Positions 24,207 to 37,512 of a DNA stretch of 64,000 nt are shown here, piece by piece (the first letter of the stretch is position 1; the number at the start of each line of letters is the position of its first letter). Source of the stretch: Phyllobates terribilis (taxonomy: Eukaryota); assembly GCF_046119375.1 (NCBI RefSeq), contig NW_027362971.1, forward strand, positions 2,108,001 to 2,172,000. The letters are read 5' to 3'. A model generated the notes under the pieces. The model saw only the letters and a list, made by a program, of their open reading frames with translations, ran no database searches and was not told where the DNA came from. Position numbers and translations under genes: made by a program.

Positions 24207-25004
24207 TTAAAAGGAACAATTTCTTCTTGCTGTATCCAATTCTGGCTTTGGCTTAAAGGGTGTTATCTACTAGAAATCCCAGGGTGCAGCATTGAATAAA
24301 AATAAGGGCTTGTTCAGGCAAGCGTGTTACGTCCATGTGCAATACAAATGCAAAGCAAACTGCAGACAGACAGGACACTATCCAATGCTAGTCAGTGGCG
24401 TAATTTACATGAACATTTTTACACATGGGCTGTGGAAAAAAATGTAGAACGCACTAATCTGATCTGTTTTTTGGATAAGTCTTGCCCGTTAAATGGAAGC
24501 TGTCAGGAACCTTAACCCCCCCCCCCATCCCACAAATCATTCATATGACTTGTAGAGGCAGTTTACCTCTTTATGATCCCAGAGTGCTGCTCCAGCAGTG
24601 AGAAATCAGTGTCTTGAAGTTGTTTCTGGAAGTGCACTGGTACATGACAATTCACTTACAGCTTCTCAGCATCATGGTGTATACCCTCCTTAGCAGCACC
24701 CTCCTTTGGGTGATTGACAGGTCAGTAGGTGTACACCAAGGAAAAAAAATCCCTCAGTCAGCCAGCCAGGGGAGGGTGCTGTAGATAGGAAATACAGCGG
24801 TGGCTGAGAAGCTGTAAGTGCATCGTCACGCCCCAATGTACTTTCCGACACAACTTCAAAATGCCATTTCTCATTGCTGAAGGAGTGTTTTGGGGCTATA
24901 TAAGGAATCGATTGGATTATCTTTTAAAGGTCTACACAATCATATTAATGGCTTAGGGTCGGGGGAAAAATGTATTGCAGGTTCATTTTAAACTCAATAG
25001 GGGC

Positions 25005-25037
<33 letters not shown>

Positions 25038-25128
25038 AAAGTAAAATCAGATGCCATGCAGCGGAAAGTTTTTGTGACTCACTTGCAACTCTTAACATAG
25101 GCAACCTCACAAGACCTATTATACTTTA

Positions 25129-27322
25129 GTATAATCTCTTTTTATTGAAATAGAAGTAGACATTAACATGTAAAACATACATTAATAAATGCCGATGTTT
25201 AGTCATAGTGATCAAAATAACATATACTCATATATTCTCTATCACTTATCTGATAAGACTCCTACACCTCTTATCTAATAATGTAAACATTACTTTTTAT
25301 CATATCCAACAGTGCAAACCGTTACATAAATCGACAAAACAAGAGTACAAAAACAAAGAAGAAAAAAAAAGGGGGGGGGGGGGGGAGAAGAGGAAAAAGA
25401 AAGGGAAAGATAAGAAATAAGGGAAGGATTAGGGAATGGAAGAGGAGAAGGAGAACATAACCTAAGACTCATTTTTAGACTCTCTAATTAGTTCCCAGCA
25501 CCAACCCGGATCCAATTCGCCAATTCATCAGTCTCTTACTCAAACAGCCAATGAAACTCCGATGGGTCCTGAAACAGGATCCAGACACTCCAGATCTTCC
25601 TGAATTTATCAGCCCAACCATTATAGTCAGCAGAAAGTTCCTCCATTCTGCAGATATTAACCATTTCATTATACCATTCCAAAATTTGGGGGATTTGAGG
25701 TGATTTCCAGTAATGTGGGATCACCGTACTTGCTGCTGTTAAACAGAATCTTAAGATATCTTTATTTTTGAGATTCTATTGATGAAGGCAGGATGGAAAG
25801 CAGAGCTATCTCAGGACGATTTTCGACCCTACTTCGGGTGATTAGGTTATAATTGGAAAATATTTTTTCCCACCAAGGTTTCATCTTGCTACCCTCCCAC
25901 CATATATGAAGCATAGATCCTTTTTCCACTTCACATCGCCAACATATGTCTGAGGCTGCCGGAAATATGGAGTGAAGTTTTACAGGATACTGGTACCATC
26001 TTGCCATAATTTTTGAAATTTTTCTCCTGCGCATAACTTGTGACCAACATTTTGTGTGTAAACAAGAATCCTTTTTCCCAATCCTACGAAGATATGACTA
26101 CCCCCAATTTATGTTCCCACATGTGTTGAAATTGAAACTTTCTTGAGATACTTTCCCCTATCAAACAACTATAAAGCAGTGATATTATATGACTGGGGGG
26201 AGATGCCTTCAAGAACAACCTCTCAAAGGAAGATGGTATACACTGGAATGGGGGGATGCCATCCTCTGAGAAGACAAGAGCGATCGCAATTGTAAATATT
26301 CCATCCATAACAATTTTCTAGACGGGAGACCTATCCTGTAATGTATTGAATGATGTCATTTTACCATTTTCTAATATCTGTAGGAGGTAAGTGTCCTTCA
26401 TAGCTCTCCATCCTAACAAAGATTCTCGCAGATATCCAGGAGGAAAGGAAGGATTCGAGAAAAGTGGCATAAGAGGACTGAATGTTCTAGAGGGATGGTG
26501 TTTTTTCCTAGTTGCATGCCAAACTTTATTGTTCCCCCCTAGTCAATTCTGTCAAGCCTCCTATCGAGAAAACATCAGAGGCAAAAAGCAAAGGAAGGTG
26601 CTTCAGAGGAACACCCACCTCTTCCTGCTCAATAGTGACCCATTGTTTTGTCAGAGAGTTGAAATGCCAGTCTATAAAGCGACCTAAAACAGAAGCTTGA
26701 AAGTATACTTTAAAATTCGGAAATCCAGCTCCACCGACTATTTTAGGGCGGTTTAATGTCTGCATACTTATCCTGGGTCTATATTTACCCCACACAAACC
26801 TGATTAATGCTGTACGTAGTTTGCTGAAGAAGCTGCATGGGGGAGAATTAGGAACAGTTTGAAAAATGTATAAAAAGCGGGGCAATATATCCATTTTTAC
26901 CGCGTTCATTTTCCCAAACCAGGACATTCTCAGTTTACTGTAATTCAGTAGGTCTTTATATGTACGATCCAAAAGCGACTGGTAATTTAGTACAAAAAGT
27001 TTTGAAAAATCAGGAGAAATGAGCACGCCCAAGTATTTTATCGCCTCCCAACTTCCATTTAAAAGGGAAATTATCCATTAAATGTTCAACCTCTCTCTGT
27101 GACAACGATACATTTAATGCCTCCGATTTTGAATAATTAACTTTAAAATTACTCATGAACCCGAATCTATCAAACTCCTTCATTAAAGAAGGAAGAGATG
27201 TCTGAGGCTGAGACACATAGAGGAGGAGGTCATCTGCATATAATGCTGTCTTATATGTCTTGGTACCTATTTTAACCCCATGAATATTGCTGTTTTTTCT
27301 TATTGCATTGGCCAAATGTTCC
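25129..27322 (-). mobile_element. 5'-truncated L1-clade LINE (ORF2 RT and C-terminal remnants), antisense in CCS intron 2
   Basis: LYADDLLLY (RT), MNAVKMDILPRFLYIFQ and CWRCEVEKGSMLHIWW (C-terminal Cys/His motif), all frameshifted. AATAAA near the 3' end. Perfect 16-bp TSD GACCTATTATACTTTA at 25113-25128 and 27323-27338. Confidence 0.92.
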
Positions 27323-27475
27323 GACCTATTATACTTTAAATTGATGATTTACAAAACAGATGCCATAGAGATGCATATGAAAAAAAAATGGCAACGTTTT
27401 TTTTTTTTTTTTTTTTTTTTTAACGGATTAAAAAAACTGATGATTTTTATGCTCACCCGAACCCGGCCTGACTCT

Positions 27476-28423
27476 AAGGCCAAGTGCCGACGATGCAGAA
27501 ATGCTGCATGTTTTTCCCGCTTCTCCCTGGCAGGAAAAAACGCATGCAGATTTTACATGCGTTTTTCCTGCCAGGTAGAAGCGTTTGTCAAGCGTTTTTG
27601 CATACATTTCTGCATGCGGGTTATCAAGCGCTTTTCCAAGCGATTTTAGCATAACTTGGAAAAGTGCTTGACAACTTGGTCACACTATATAAATCCATGC
27701 AACCGACATGGATTTATATAGTGTGACCAAGTAATAGTTAGAAAAAAAAAGAATAAAAATAGTTAAAAAATAAAGATTTACTTACCTTCCGATGGCCCCC
27801 GGTGTTTTCTCCGCTGCGTCCAGTGTGTTGTATCGGTCGCGGTGTTGTGAAAAGGAGCTGCGATGACGTCATTGAGTCATGTGACAGGTCAGGCGACTGC
27901 CGACGTCAGCGGTCGCGTGACCTGTCACATGACTAGATAACGTCATGGCAGGTCCTTTCACACCACCGCGACCCATACAACAGACCGGACGCATCGCTTA
28001 GGAGACCGGGGCCATCAGAAGGTAAGTATAATCTTTATTTTTTATTTAAAATTCTTTTTTTTTTACAGGTTCTATGGTACCCGGGTCTGGAGGGGAGTAT
28101 CCTCTTCTCCAAACCCGGGTACCATCCACACATTGAACCGTGTGATATCCGCTTGTGCAGATGCAGTGATGCGGATGTCACGCGGTCCAATGCAAGTCAA
28201 TGGCGGAGATTACGCTGCGTGTCCGCAAAATTAATGGACATGCTGCGTATTTTTCCGCAATGATAATCTGCAGCGTAAATTTCCGCAGCATATGCACAGC
28301 ACATGCGGATTATCATTGGGGACCATGGGGCACTTATTACAAAGCGTTTTTTTAAGCGTTTTCGCTGCATAAATTCCGCGGCAAAAAAACGCTTTAAAAA
28401 CTCATAGTGGGCACGCAGCCTTA
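27476..28423. mobile_element. Multi-hairpin MITE (Harbinger-like TIR ...GTGGGCACGCAGCC); other copies at ~52438-53311 and ~54742-55985
   Basis: Shared internal blocks across three copies, including a 25-bp perfect palindrome CTTGGTCACACTATATAAATCCATG-loop-CATGGATTTATATAGTGTGACCAAG. Confidence 0.75.
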
Positions 28424-28921
28424 TGCTTACCCATAATACTTGTGTTGTTACTCAAATGACAGAGCCGTGTCCCCTTCTGTTCATTTGTCAAAAAAAAAAA
28501 AATGTAATGTGACCACTGCAACCAGTCAGCATCCATTGATTGGCTGCAGCTTTTACTATTTTTTACGAGTGGAAGAGCAGTTTTTCTTCTCCTCTGACTG
28601 AATAATGACGACTGCTGCCAAATAACTTTTTCTTCTGCTATGACAGGATAGTGAAAGCTGCAGCCAATTAGTGGCCGCTGATTGGCTGCAGTGCTGTCCA
28701 AAAAATTTTTTTTCAGGAACCCATAGACTTGCATTACTGATTTTGATCTGACACGTCTCAGCAATTTTGTGCTCGGCCCACTAAAAAAAATCAGACATGT
28801 GAACAGCCCCATAGACTATGCAAGGTATGAGTGCTATAAATGAAAAACATGGATAGAACTCCTGAAACTTTTATTGTAATTTCTGATGTATTTTATCCTC
28901 CATCCGCTTCCATGGGGACAG

Positions 28922-29059
28922 GTGTACAGAATGTGAATGTCAGTCTAGGGTCTGAAGCCGTGGTGGTGGAGACCAATTTGCCAGCATCTGAGGTGCAGAA
29001 GTTGCTGGAGAGTACCGGACGCCGGGCAGTGTTAAAGGGAATGGGAAGCGTTAAATCCC
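28922..29059 (+). CDS. CCS: CCS exon 3
   Basis: acag|GT GTA CAG..., encoding GVQNVNVSLGSEAVVVETNLPASEVQKLLESTGRRAVLKGMGS. 138 nt, donor C|GTAAGT. Confidence 0.95.
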
Positions 29060-30365
29060 GTAAGTGGTTTTTGTTTTTTTTTCTTTTCTTTTTTTGGGAA
29101 CTAACTAATTTTACTTAAATAATGGAAAACAAAAATATCCCAATCTATAGATTTAGTGCAGCCAGAAATGCGTGTATCTTGCATTTTTCGATCTTATTTT
29201 TACTTTCTGAATAATTTCTGCAAATGCACATTTATTTTTCAACTGGAAGGGCTCTTTCAGAAGTCCGTGATCATCGGTCCAATCTTGGATCGCTATGCAC
29301 GGACTGGCCATGCGTATCCCGACCCGAGCGTGACCGCTTCATATCTTTTTATGCAGCTATCGCTTTCGGGTCGGGAAATGCGTGGCCAGTCCGTACATAG
29401 CGATCCGAGATCAGGTCAATGATCACGGATGTCTGAAAGAGCCCTTAGGTTGGACTTTGCCTGGTTTAATGTCAGAGCTGTGAACTCAAGAGCTAATCTC
29501 ACAGCATCTGGCTTCTCAGGCTGGATTTTTTATTTTTTTTTTTGGAGTGTATTCGCTCAAAAATTGTCCTTAAAAAGTTTTTCAAAAATGTGTGGAAATT
29601 TCTTCATTTTCATTTCAATGGAAAATTCACATTAATTTTCAAATGAGGAGCTTCAGAGCAATTTTTTTTCCTGAAGATGTTTTGAAACATGCCTGGTAAA
29701 AAAAAAAAAAATGAATAAAAATGTTACTTCTTTGGAAGTGGATCAGCATGCAATCATCTCCAAGCTAGCCTCTGTCAAATCAAAAGAATGATCAAGTGTT
29801 TTTCCCATCTTTATAGATGAATAGTGTTGGATAGTGCTTGCAAAAATGAGCACTTTTGTACTTTTACTGCTTATTAAAATTTACAGCTGTTTTTGAGATA
29901 GTTAAACATTTTTTATTTACAGCTTTTTGCCTAGGAGACCGGCCACCGCTGCTGTTTAGCTTCACTAGAAGATAGCCAGGATTAGGAGGTGACAGCGAGG
30001 TCTTGAACAGCTTCAAAACAGTGCTCACAAGCTCCATAGAAAGTAGCCTATAAATATTACACATGTTCTGCTCTCTAGCAATAGTGGTCGGACTCCAAGG
30101 CAACAAGCTGTAAATAAAAGAAAAAAATATAACTGTCAATATCTCAAGAATGGCTGAAAATTTTGTTAAGCTATAAATTGCAAAATTGCTTGTATTTGCA
30201 AGCATTGTCCGACAATATCCGTTTTTTTTTTTAAACTTTTCAAGAAAAAAAATTCTTACAAAACTTTTCAAAAAACTATCTAAAAAAGAAGTATTTTCTG
30301 AAGCAGTTTCCACTTAAAAAAACTTGTTGTTTTTGGAGACGTAAAAAAAACTGAACCTAGCCTAA

Positions 30366-30579
30366 GGCCACGGCCCCACTTTCAGTATTTGGTCAGTATT
30401 CGGTCAGTATTTTTTTTCAGGAGTGGGAGCTAAAACCAAGAGTGGGGGATAAATGCATAATTGGTGACTTGTTTCCATTATACATTTTCTCTGATTGTTC
30501 CTCACCTGGTTTTGGCTCCCACTCCTGAGAAAAAATACTGACTGAATACTGACCAAATACTGATCACGGGGCTGTGGCC
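30366..30579. mobile_element. Harbinger-like MITE with TAA TSD; similar elements at 58867-59209 and ~60505-61005
   Basis: TAA|GGCCACGGCCCC ... GGGGCTGTGGCC|TAA. Confidence 0.8.
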
Positions 30580-30844
30580 TAAGGGTAAGCATAGATGTGG
30601 CAAGTATCCTCCATTGCATATTTTACCTTTTGGTAAACTCTGACATTTCTGCAATATTTCATACCCTAAATTCCACACTAATTTTTTTCCCCTCAAACGG
30701 CGAAGACCTCCCCACTAGGGTAGGTTCACATTTGCGTATAAAAAAAATCGTATTAAAGAGATGTCCTCCCTTGGTGGGAAGATGGACATCGGTTCTGCCA
30801 TGATGTCGTCACCATTACATATATAGTCCCTGTTTTCTTTCCAG

Positions 30845-31022
30845 AGAACCTAGGAGCAGCCGTGGCCATGCTGGAAGGAGTTGGATCGATACAGGGCGTT
30901 GTTCGTTTTCTTCAAGTTTCGGAGAAGACTTGTATTATTGATGGAGCTGTGGATGGGCTACGTCCTGGACTCCATGGTCTTCATATTCATGAATTTGGCG
31001 ATCTGTCAATGGGATGTGAGAG
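30845..31022 (+). CDS. CCS: CCS exon 4 (SOD-like domain II)
   Basis: ccag|AG AAC CTA..., encoding NLGAAVAMLEGVGSIQGVVRFLQ...GLHGLHIHEFGDL. 178 nt, donor AG|GTAATT. Confidence 0.96.
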
Positions 31023-31343
31023 GTAATTTTAATATTCAGTATAAGTAATACAATATTACATTGCATTTTAATAGATTAACATTATTCACATGTATAAATT
31101 CCTGACCTATATGGGTGGCAGTGCTTTGAGTGGGGAAAAAAAATTGTATAAATTTACAGCTGGGTGAACATTTTGTAAACCCAAAGGATGAGCTCAAAGT
31201 GACCAATTATTGTTCCTCTTTCACTCAGATCAACAATTTCTATTGACCATACAGTAATTTCCTTAACATGATGTTGCCCCATTATATGGAAATGCCAGAG
31301 ATTATCAATTAAATGATAAATAATATTTTCTATTTTAAATCAG

Positions 31344-31404
31344 TTGTGGCGGACATTACAATCCTGAAGGAAATACTCACGGGAGTCCAGGACAAGCAGA
31401 TAGT
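31344..31404 (+). CDS. CCS: CCS exon 5
   Basis: tcag|T TGT GGC..., encoding CGGHYNPEGNTHGSPGQADS (two Zn-ligand His). 61 nt, donor GTGAGT. Confidence 0.95.
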
Positions 31405-32941
31405 GTGAGTACCATTATTATTTTTTTCTACACTGTTTTAAGGGGCTTGTCTCTTTTCAGTTAGGCACACGTTGAGTATTAGGATGCAGAAATTTCTGCA
31501 TCTCTTGGCAGGAAAAATTCAGTGGCAGAAGCGTGCATTTTTACATACGTTTTTTCACCTGCGTTTTTGGACTGCAATGATATAGACAGACATGTCTAGA
31601 CATATAGACATAAAATTCCACAACCCCCACACACACACACATATTATAAAATTGCACCCTGTGGAGCTTATTGGACTTCCCCCTCCCCACCATTTCTTTA
31701 ACCAGCAAAGTAAAGCAGACAGCTGCGGGCTAATGGGCTAATATTATTAGACTTGGAAGATCCCTGGTTATTGGGCCATTCCCAGCCTAAATATACCAGC
31801 CTGCAGCCGCCATAGAAGTGGTGCATCACATTAAATGCGCCAATTCTGGCGCTTCGCCTTGGCTCTACCCGATTGCTCTCATGCGTTTGGCAATTGGGGT
31901 AATGGGGTTTGGGGTTGGTGTCAGCTGTGTAGTGTCCTAAAACCCAGCTGACTCACACAGCCTTAATGTTTGTTCCTGAGCGCAGATTGGTAAAATAAAA
32001 GTTCTGTACTTACCATCCCCAGGTCTACCAGTAAATCTCTGCTTCTGCTGCTTCTACTATCTCGTATTAGCTACAGCGCTGACGTGACGTTGTCAGCGCG
32101 GCTGCTAATTGGTGACCTCAGCGTCTCCGAGTGGGGCGTTCTGTCTACACTGGCAGATCCACTGAGCTCACTGATTGCCTGCTGCTCCAGGTGTCGCAGC
32201 TAATGCCGGACACCAGGGGCAGCGACGAAGACTTGCTGGTAGACCTGAGAAGGTGAATACTGCACAATTTTGTTTATTTTATACCAAAATGCGCTCCAGG
32301 GTGAAATTTAACTGAAAGGGGACAACCCCTTAGATGGACACCTAATCAGTGGCAAAACTAATTTTGGTGGCATCTAATGTAAATGTCATAAGTTGGGACA
32401 TAGTTCATTAAGTGAGCCTGCACCGACATCTCAGAAAAAATTAAACTCCTAAACATTGTATAATGGTCACCTAAACACATTCATTGTAATTCTCAGTAGA
32501 TTCACATGGTCACATGCTCCTCCATCAGCAGCTAGACCATGGTTTACATTTGGCCTTTGCCGAAGCGGATAATGGCTCATCGTTGGGTGCACCAGGTGTT
32601 AGACACCCACCGAACGATCAACCATAACAGTGGCCAAATGTAAAGATTGGTCTTGCTGTTGGAAGAGTAGGTGGCCAGACAGGTCCATCATCCTACTCCA
32701 GTTGAAAAACTCCTATCGGAAAGCTGTTTTTGATTTGCGTTAGGCTGATGGACCGGTCTGGCTCACGTGCTCTTTCATCAGCTGCTATTTCAAGAACAGA
32801 AAAGCCATACAGACTGAGCGAAAGGAGGAAAACCTGAAATAATTCTATATCAATAAGTGCCTCATTTATATTCCCAACACATTTGTTAATATAAAGATAA
32901 AGTGGACAGCTGAAATATAATATATATATTCTTACATATAG

Positions 32942-33019
32942 CATGTTGGTGATCTTGGAAATGTCTTGGCCTGTGATGATGGTCGAACAACTTTTCGGAT
33001 TGACAATGACCGGTTAAAG
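32942..33019 (+). CDS. CCS: CCS exon 6
   Basis: atag|CAT GTT..., encoding HVGDLGNVLACDDGRTTFRIDNDRLK. 78 nt, donor G|GTGAGA. Confidence 0.95.
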
Positions 33020-34331
33020 GTGAGAGAAAAAGAGTTTTGCATTTTCGTTCACAGTAACTTGCGATTCTTATAAAGCCAACTCGCTTGTAGCCGTGTATGT
33101 TGATTTTTATATATCTGGATTTATAATTATTCATGGTTTAATTGTTCATTGAATTTCATAAGTTGACAGTATCTCACTGATTCAATTATTAAGGGCTACA
33201 AACACTAAAGAAACACAAAATACTTCAATTTAAAGTGAATTTGTCAGCAGGATTTCAGCCTCCAAACTATTTATATGTGCATGTAGCTCTTTCAAAGACA
33301 AATCCAGCAATACTTGTACATGGCCAGTCCATTCTTCCGTTACTGAGAAATCAGCGTTTTAACTTGTATGCAAATGAGGCTGTAGATCTGAAGCCTCTGT
33401 CACTCCAGCTCTATTCCCTGCTTGACTGATAGCTCCTTTGCCTGAAGTCACACAACATAGAGGCTGTGAGTCAAGCAGAAAGAGACGGCGCTGGGCAGGG
33501 AATAGAGCTGGAGTGACAGAGGCTTCAGATCTACAGCCTAATTTGCATATGAGCTAAAATGCGGATTTCTCAGTAATGAAGGAACGGACTGGTTATGTAA
33601 AGGTATTGCTGGACTTGTCTTTCAAAAAGCTACGCGCACATATAAATAGTTTAGAGGGGATTGAGATTGTGCTTATAGATTCCCCTTAAAGCACCACTTC
33701 ATCGTTTTTTTGTTTGTTTTTTTTTAAGTGATTAAGTGGTGCTTCTAATGTAAGGTCCCTGATCCCGGTTTTATACTCACCCTCTGACGTCTTCACCTTT
33801 TTTTTCTGTGCCATCTTGTGACCTTAGCTTATGACTGGTCGAAAGTAATGATCGCAAGCTTTTAATGTAAGTCTATGAGAGCCAGATCAAGGCTCTGATC
33901 GATGTGTAATGCGGTGTGACCTCCGGCTCGCTCCTCGAGAAACTTGAGCGATCCGATGGGTCACAACTTGCTGGAGACCAGCGGGAGTGGCGGTGATGAA
34001 AGGTGAAAAAGGTGGCAGATGAGTATAAGAGTAGGGTCAGGGACCTTATATTTAAAACACCACTCCAGCGGTAAAAAAACCCCGCTGTAGTGGTGGTTTA
34101 ACCAAAACCATATGTCCCCTGACTTGTTGCCAAATTATTGGTTTCTTCAAGCGAAGCAAGACACTGTCTCTTAGCTGTATAGAAACACTTTTTTAACCTA
34201 GTTGGCATCATCATAAAAAAAAATTGTATAAAATAATCCAGTTATTCTTTAATATGTTTTTTTTAGCTGACAGCACTCAGTGTTAGTAGGTGGTTATTGT
34301 GTTTCATTCACGCTATGTAATTTCTTCAAAG

Positions 34332-34435
34332 GTGTGGGACATCATAGGTCGGTCTCTAATTGTGGATGAAGGAGAAGATGACCTTGGACGTGGATCTCAC
34401 CATTTATCTAAAGTTACAGGCAACTCGGGCAAAGG
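34332..34435 (+). CDS. CCS: CCS exon 7
   Basis: aaag|GTG TGG..., encoding [21 protein letters not shown]...GNSGK. Asp replaces the SOD1 copper-ligand His, as expected for CCS. 104 nt, donor GG|GTAAG. Confidence 0.96.
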
Positions 34436-35849
34436 GTAAGACGTTTTACAATATACTGTGCAGATTTATGTCACATTATGTTTTTTTTTTAGCTTTTATA
34501 ATAATTGTTTCTGTTTCCCATCTTCCTACCAAAATGTAGAGGGTTTATAGTGCTTAGATCCTCACACATCCATACTTTAAGTATTTCATACACCCAGTAG
34601 GCCTCTGCACTGATTGTCCTAATAACGTCCTAGTCAGATTATAGTTTGGGGTTCCTCTTATTTTAGACTAAAGATAAAATAAAAATAGAAATAAAGTGGA
34701 TGTTAAAGGGGTTTTCCACCCCAGGGCAAACTTTCAGCAAGTCGAATAGTGTATTTTATTCATACTGTTAGGATTCTTCCCTGCTGGCTGGTTTCAGTAG
34801 TTGTCACCTGATCACAAGGTTGCGACTTGCATACTTCTGGTCACATTCCGACTAGATGTGTCTGGTGTTGCTCAATGCACTTGTATTAAGTGAGGCTGCG
34901 CATGTCTAGTTGGCACGTGACCGCATATATGCAAATCACATACTTGCAGTCACTCGTCCAGTGCCAGCATCGGAGAATCCTCGCAGTGCACGTGATGTGA
35001 AGATTCACAAGTCTGCAGTCACAAATTACAAGATTAAAAATATATATATATATATATATAACACCTGACACATTGTATAATGGCCATAAGCATCTTATCA
35101 ATTATGAGCGCCGTCATACAATTTTGCATCACATTAGAATATTTTATAAGAAATAATCTAAAATATGTGTTTGTGGTTAAACGTCTATTCCAGGCAGAGC
35201 TTAAAGAAGTTGTCCACTACTTTGACATTGATGCCCTATCTGTAGGATAGGGCAGCAATGTATGATCGGCCCGGGGTCCCGCACGCGGCACCCCCTCTGA
35301 TCAGCTGTTATCGTTGCCTCAGTTGAATGGTAGGCAGATGTGCAGTTACAAGTGGCGGCCACTACAACTTGACGGCCAAGCACCGCAGGTAAGCACTTCC
35401 AGCCTGCGGCCGCCGGCACCGATAACAGCTGATCATACATTGATGCCCTATCCAATAGATAAGGCATCACTGTCAAAGTAGTGGACAACCCCTTTAAGTG
35501 GCACAGCACCTACTTAAAAAAAAAAAAAAAGCTCATGGAGTAGAAAGTTCATACATGCCACTTTTTATGACTATTGTAAACATCTTCACATATTCCTCAG
35601 CAATAATTAGATCAAAAAGGTCTACGATGCATGCAACCTGATTTTAAGCAATGGGCCATCTTCCGATGATCCATTGCCTTTAAAGGCCCGGACGTGCATC
35701 GGTAGAGCTGTAGTACTATGCTGTGCAGAAAAAACGCCTTGAGGATGCTGCTGGATACCCTGATGAGGTGTCCGTGTCCAGAGCAGAATAATTTGAGATG
35801 GCTGTCTCATTGAAGATAAGAGTAGTTCCACATCATCTGCTAATATGTG

Positions 35850-35889
35850 CAGTCTGATGAAGGGAACTGTTCCTCGAAACGTGTCACTG
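35850..35889 (+). ncRNA. Minimal type I hammerhead ribozyme motif (Penelope/retrozyme type) in CCS intron 7
   Basis: CAGT-CTGATGA-AGGGAACTGTTCCTC-GAAAC-GT-GTC-ACTG: stem I CAGU/ACUG, intact core CUGAUGA and GAAA, stem II hairpin, GUC cleavage triplet at 35883-35885. Confidence 0.75.
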
Positions 35890-36279
35890 AATCTCCAAAT
35901 AATGTATATTTCACTGAAGCTGTTCAATTAATCTTCCATTTATTGTGCAAAACTGACATCTCATCTGTGTATCCAGCAATAGCGCCTTCAAGTTTTTGTT
36001 TTTTTTTCTTTTGATCCGATACCATAGCACAGCTGTTTCATGGCAAACATCAGTGGGTCTCAATGGACCACATTGACTTAAAATAGGGACCTTGGATGCT
36101 ATTGTGGTTTCCATGACTGAAGCTCCCGATGGGAATGAAAATAATTGTACGATGCATTACATTTTTCCCCCAGATCACTTCCAAATATGAAGTTGTATTG
36201 ATCTGCGTTGAGTATTAAAAGAAAACCATTGCTTGATTATATGACGGCTATATAATTGTTCTCTTTTGCTCTTTCGCAG

Positions 36280-36433
36280 GTTGGCTTGCGGAATCATTGC
36301 CCGTTCTGCAGGCCTTTTTGAGAATGCCAAAAAAATTTGTTCTTGCGATGGCGTAACCATATGGGAAGAACGAGACCGTCCTATAGCTGGCCCAGAGCGA
36401 AAAAAAGAACATGCTAATTATGCACATTTGTAG
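36280..36433 (+). CDS. CCS: CCS exon 8 (domain III, CxC)
   Basis: gcag|G TTG GCT..., encoding [30 protein letters not shown]..., stop TAG at 36431-36433. The 8 exons sum to 822 nt = 273 aa plus stop. Confidence 0.96.
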
Positions 36434-37350
36434 TGCCATCTGCAGTGCCCGGCTAGCTGGAAAAGTCTAATCACATTTTTACTATTTTTGCCTTAGCACC
36501 TGCCTTAGCAATTCCAGATTTTTTTTGCCTGGTTCAGCAATAACGACTTTTTAAAAAGTTGCAAAATTGAATACAACTCCACTACAGTTCCCCCTTCATT
36601 CTCCCTCCTGGTGCATTTTTTGAGTACGCCAGTATTTTCGCCCAAGTTTTGCAAAACATGCCACTTTTTGCGTGAAGTCGGAAAACTGTTCAAGACAAAA
36701 AAAAATATTTTTTTTTACTTTGCGCCAAATTAATGAACCATGTACACCATTTATTTTAAAAGGTGCAAAAAAGGCAACTAATACCACAAGGCAAAAAAGG
36801 AAAGTGACTTTAAAAAACAAAATATGCTATTGGTAAATCGGGGCCATCGTGATTTTCTATGATTTCCTTCCAAAAAATCAGAATCAAGCACACATGGTAG
36901 TCATTAAACAAGTACTCCCACCAGCTTATTTTTGCACTTGCTAATTGCATCTGTGCCTTTTTTTTTTGTACTTCTGCATAAATGGGACCAACCGAAGGAT
37001 CTATGAATCTAATGCATTTTTAGATTATTATTATTTTTCCACTGGTAATTTACTTCTTATGCCTCAGAAAATCTAGTAAGTGAGCTAAAAAATCTGTCAT
37101 CAGAGCTCATTAAGTTTATAGCTTTTCTGTGCTGTAAGCAGTTGGGTGATCTTGTGTGTGGTTTTTGTTTTGCCTTAAAACCAAAGAATAACACTGATCT
37201 GAAGCCGATTTGCTCATTGCTTAGCATGGGTCTTTACATTTGAGATTATTATTAATGCAGTGCATTCATATATGAATCTGACAAATATTGATTTGTAAAT
37301 TTATAAGATATTTAAGAAATTCTAAACTGGTATATTTCTTGACAATTTGT

Positions 37351-37356
37351 AATAAA
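37351..37356 (+). terminator. Candidate CCS polyadenylation signal
   Basis: AATAAA ~920 nt after the CCS stop, at the end of non-repetitive AT-rich sequence and just before the TE block. Confidence 0.35.
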
Positions 37357-37512
37357 CATTATGAAAAAAACTTTTACAGTGAATGTCTAAATAAGTCCAA
37401 AATTCTGCGCTGATTTAAGAAGTTGTCCACTACTTGGACAACTCCTTGTCATCTCCCACACTTGGCCCCGATAAAATAAAAAGGCTTATACTCCCCACCC
37501 GTACCGGCGCCC

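Noticed and set aside
35757-35800. Second CTGATGA as a tandem hammerhead partner
   Set aside because: No GAAA or stem II/III follows it.
30845-36433. SOD1 as the identity of the SOD-like exons
   Set aside because: An upstream MxCxxC domain, a C-terminal CxC and Asp in place of a copper-ligand His identify CCS.
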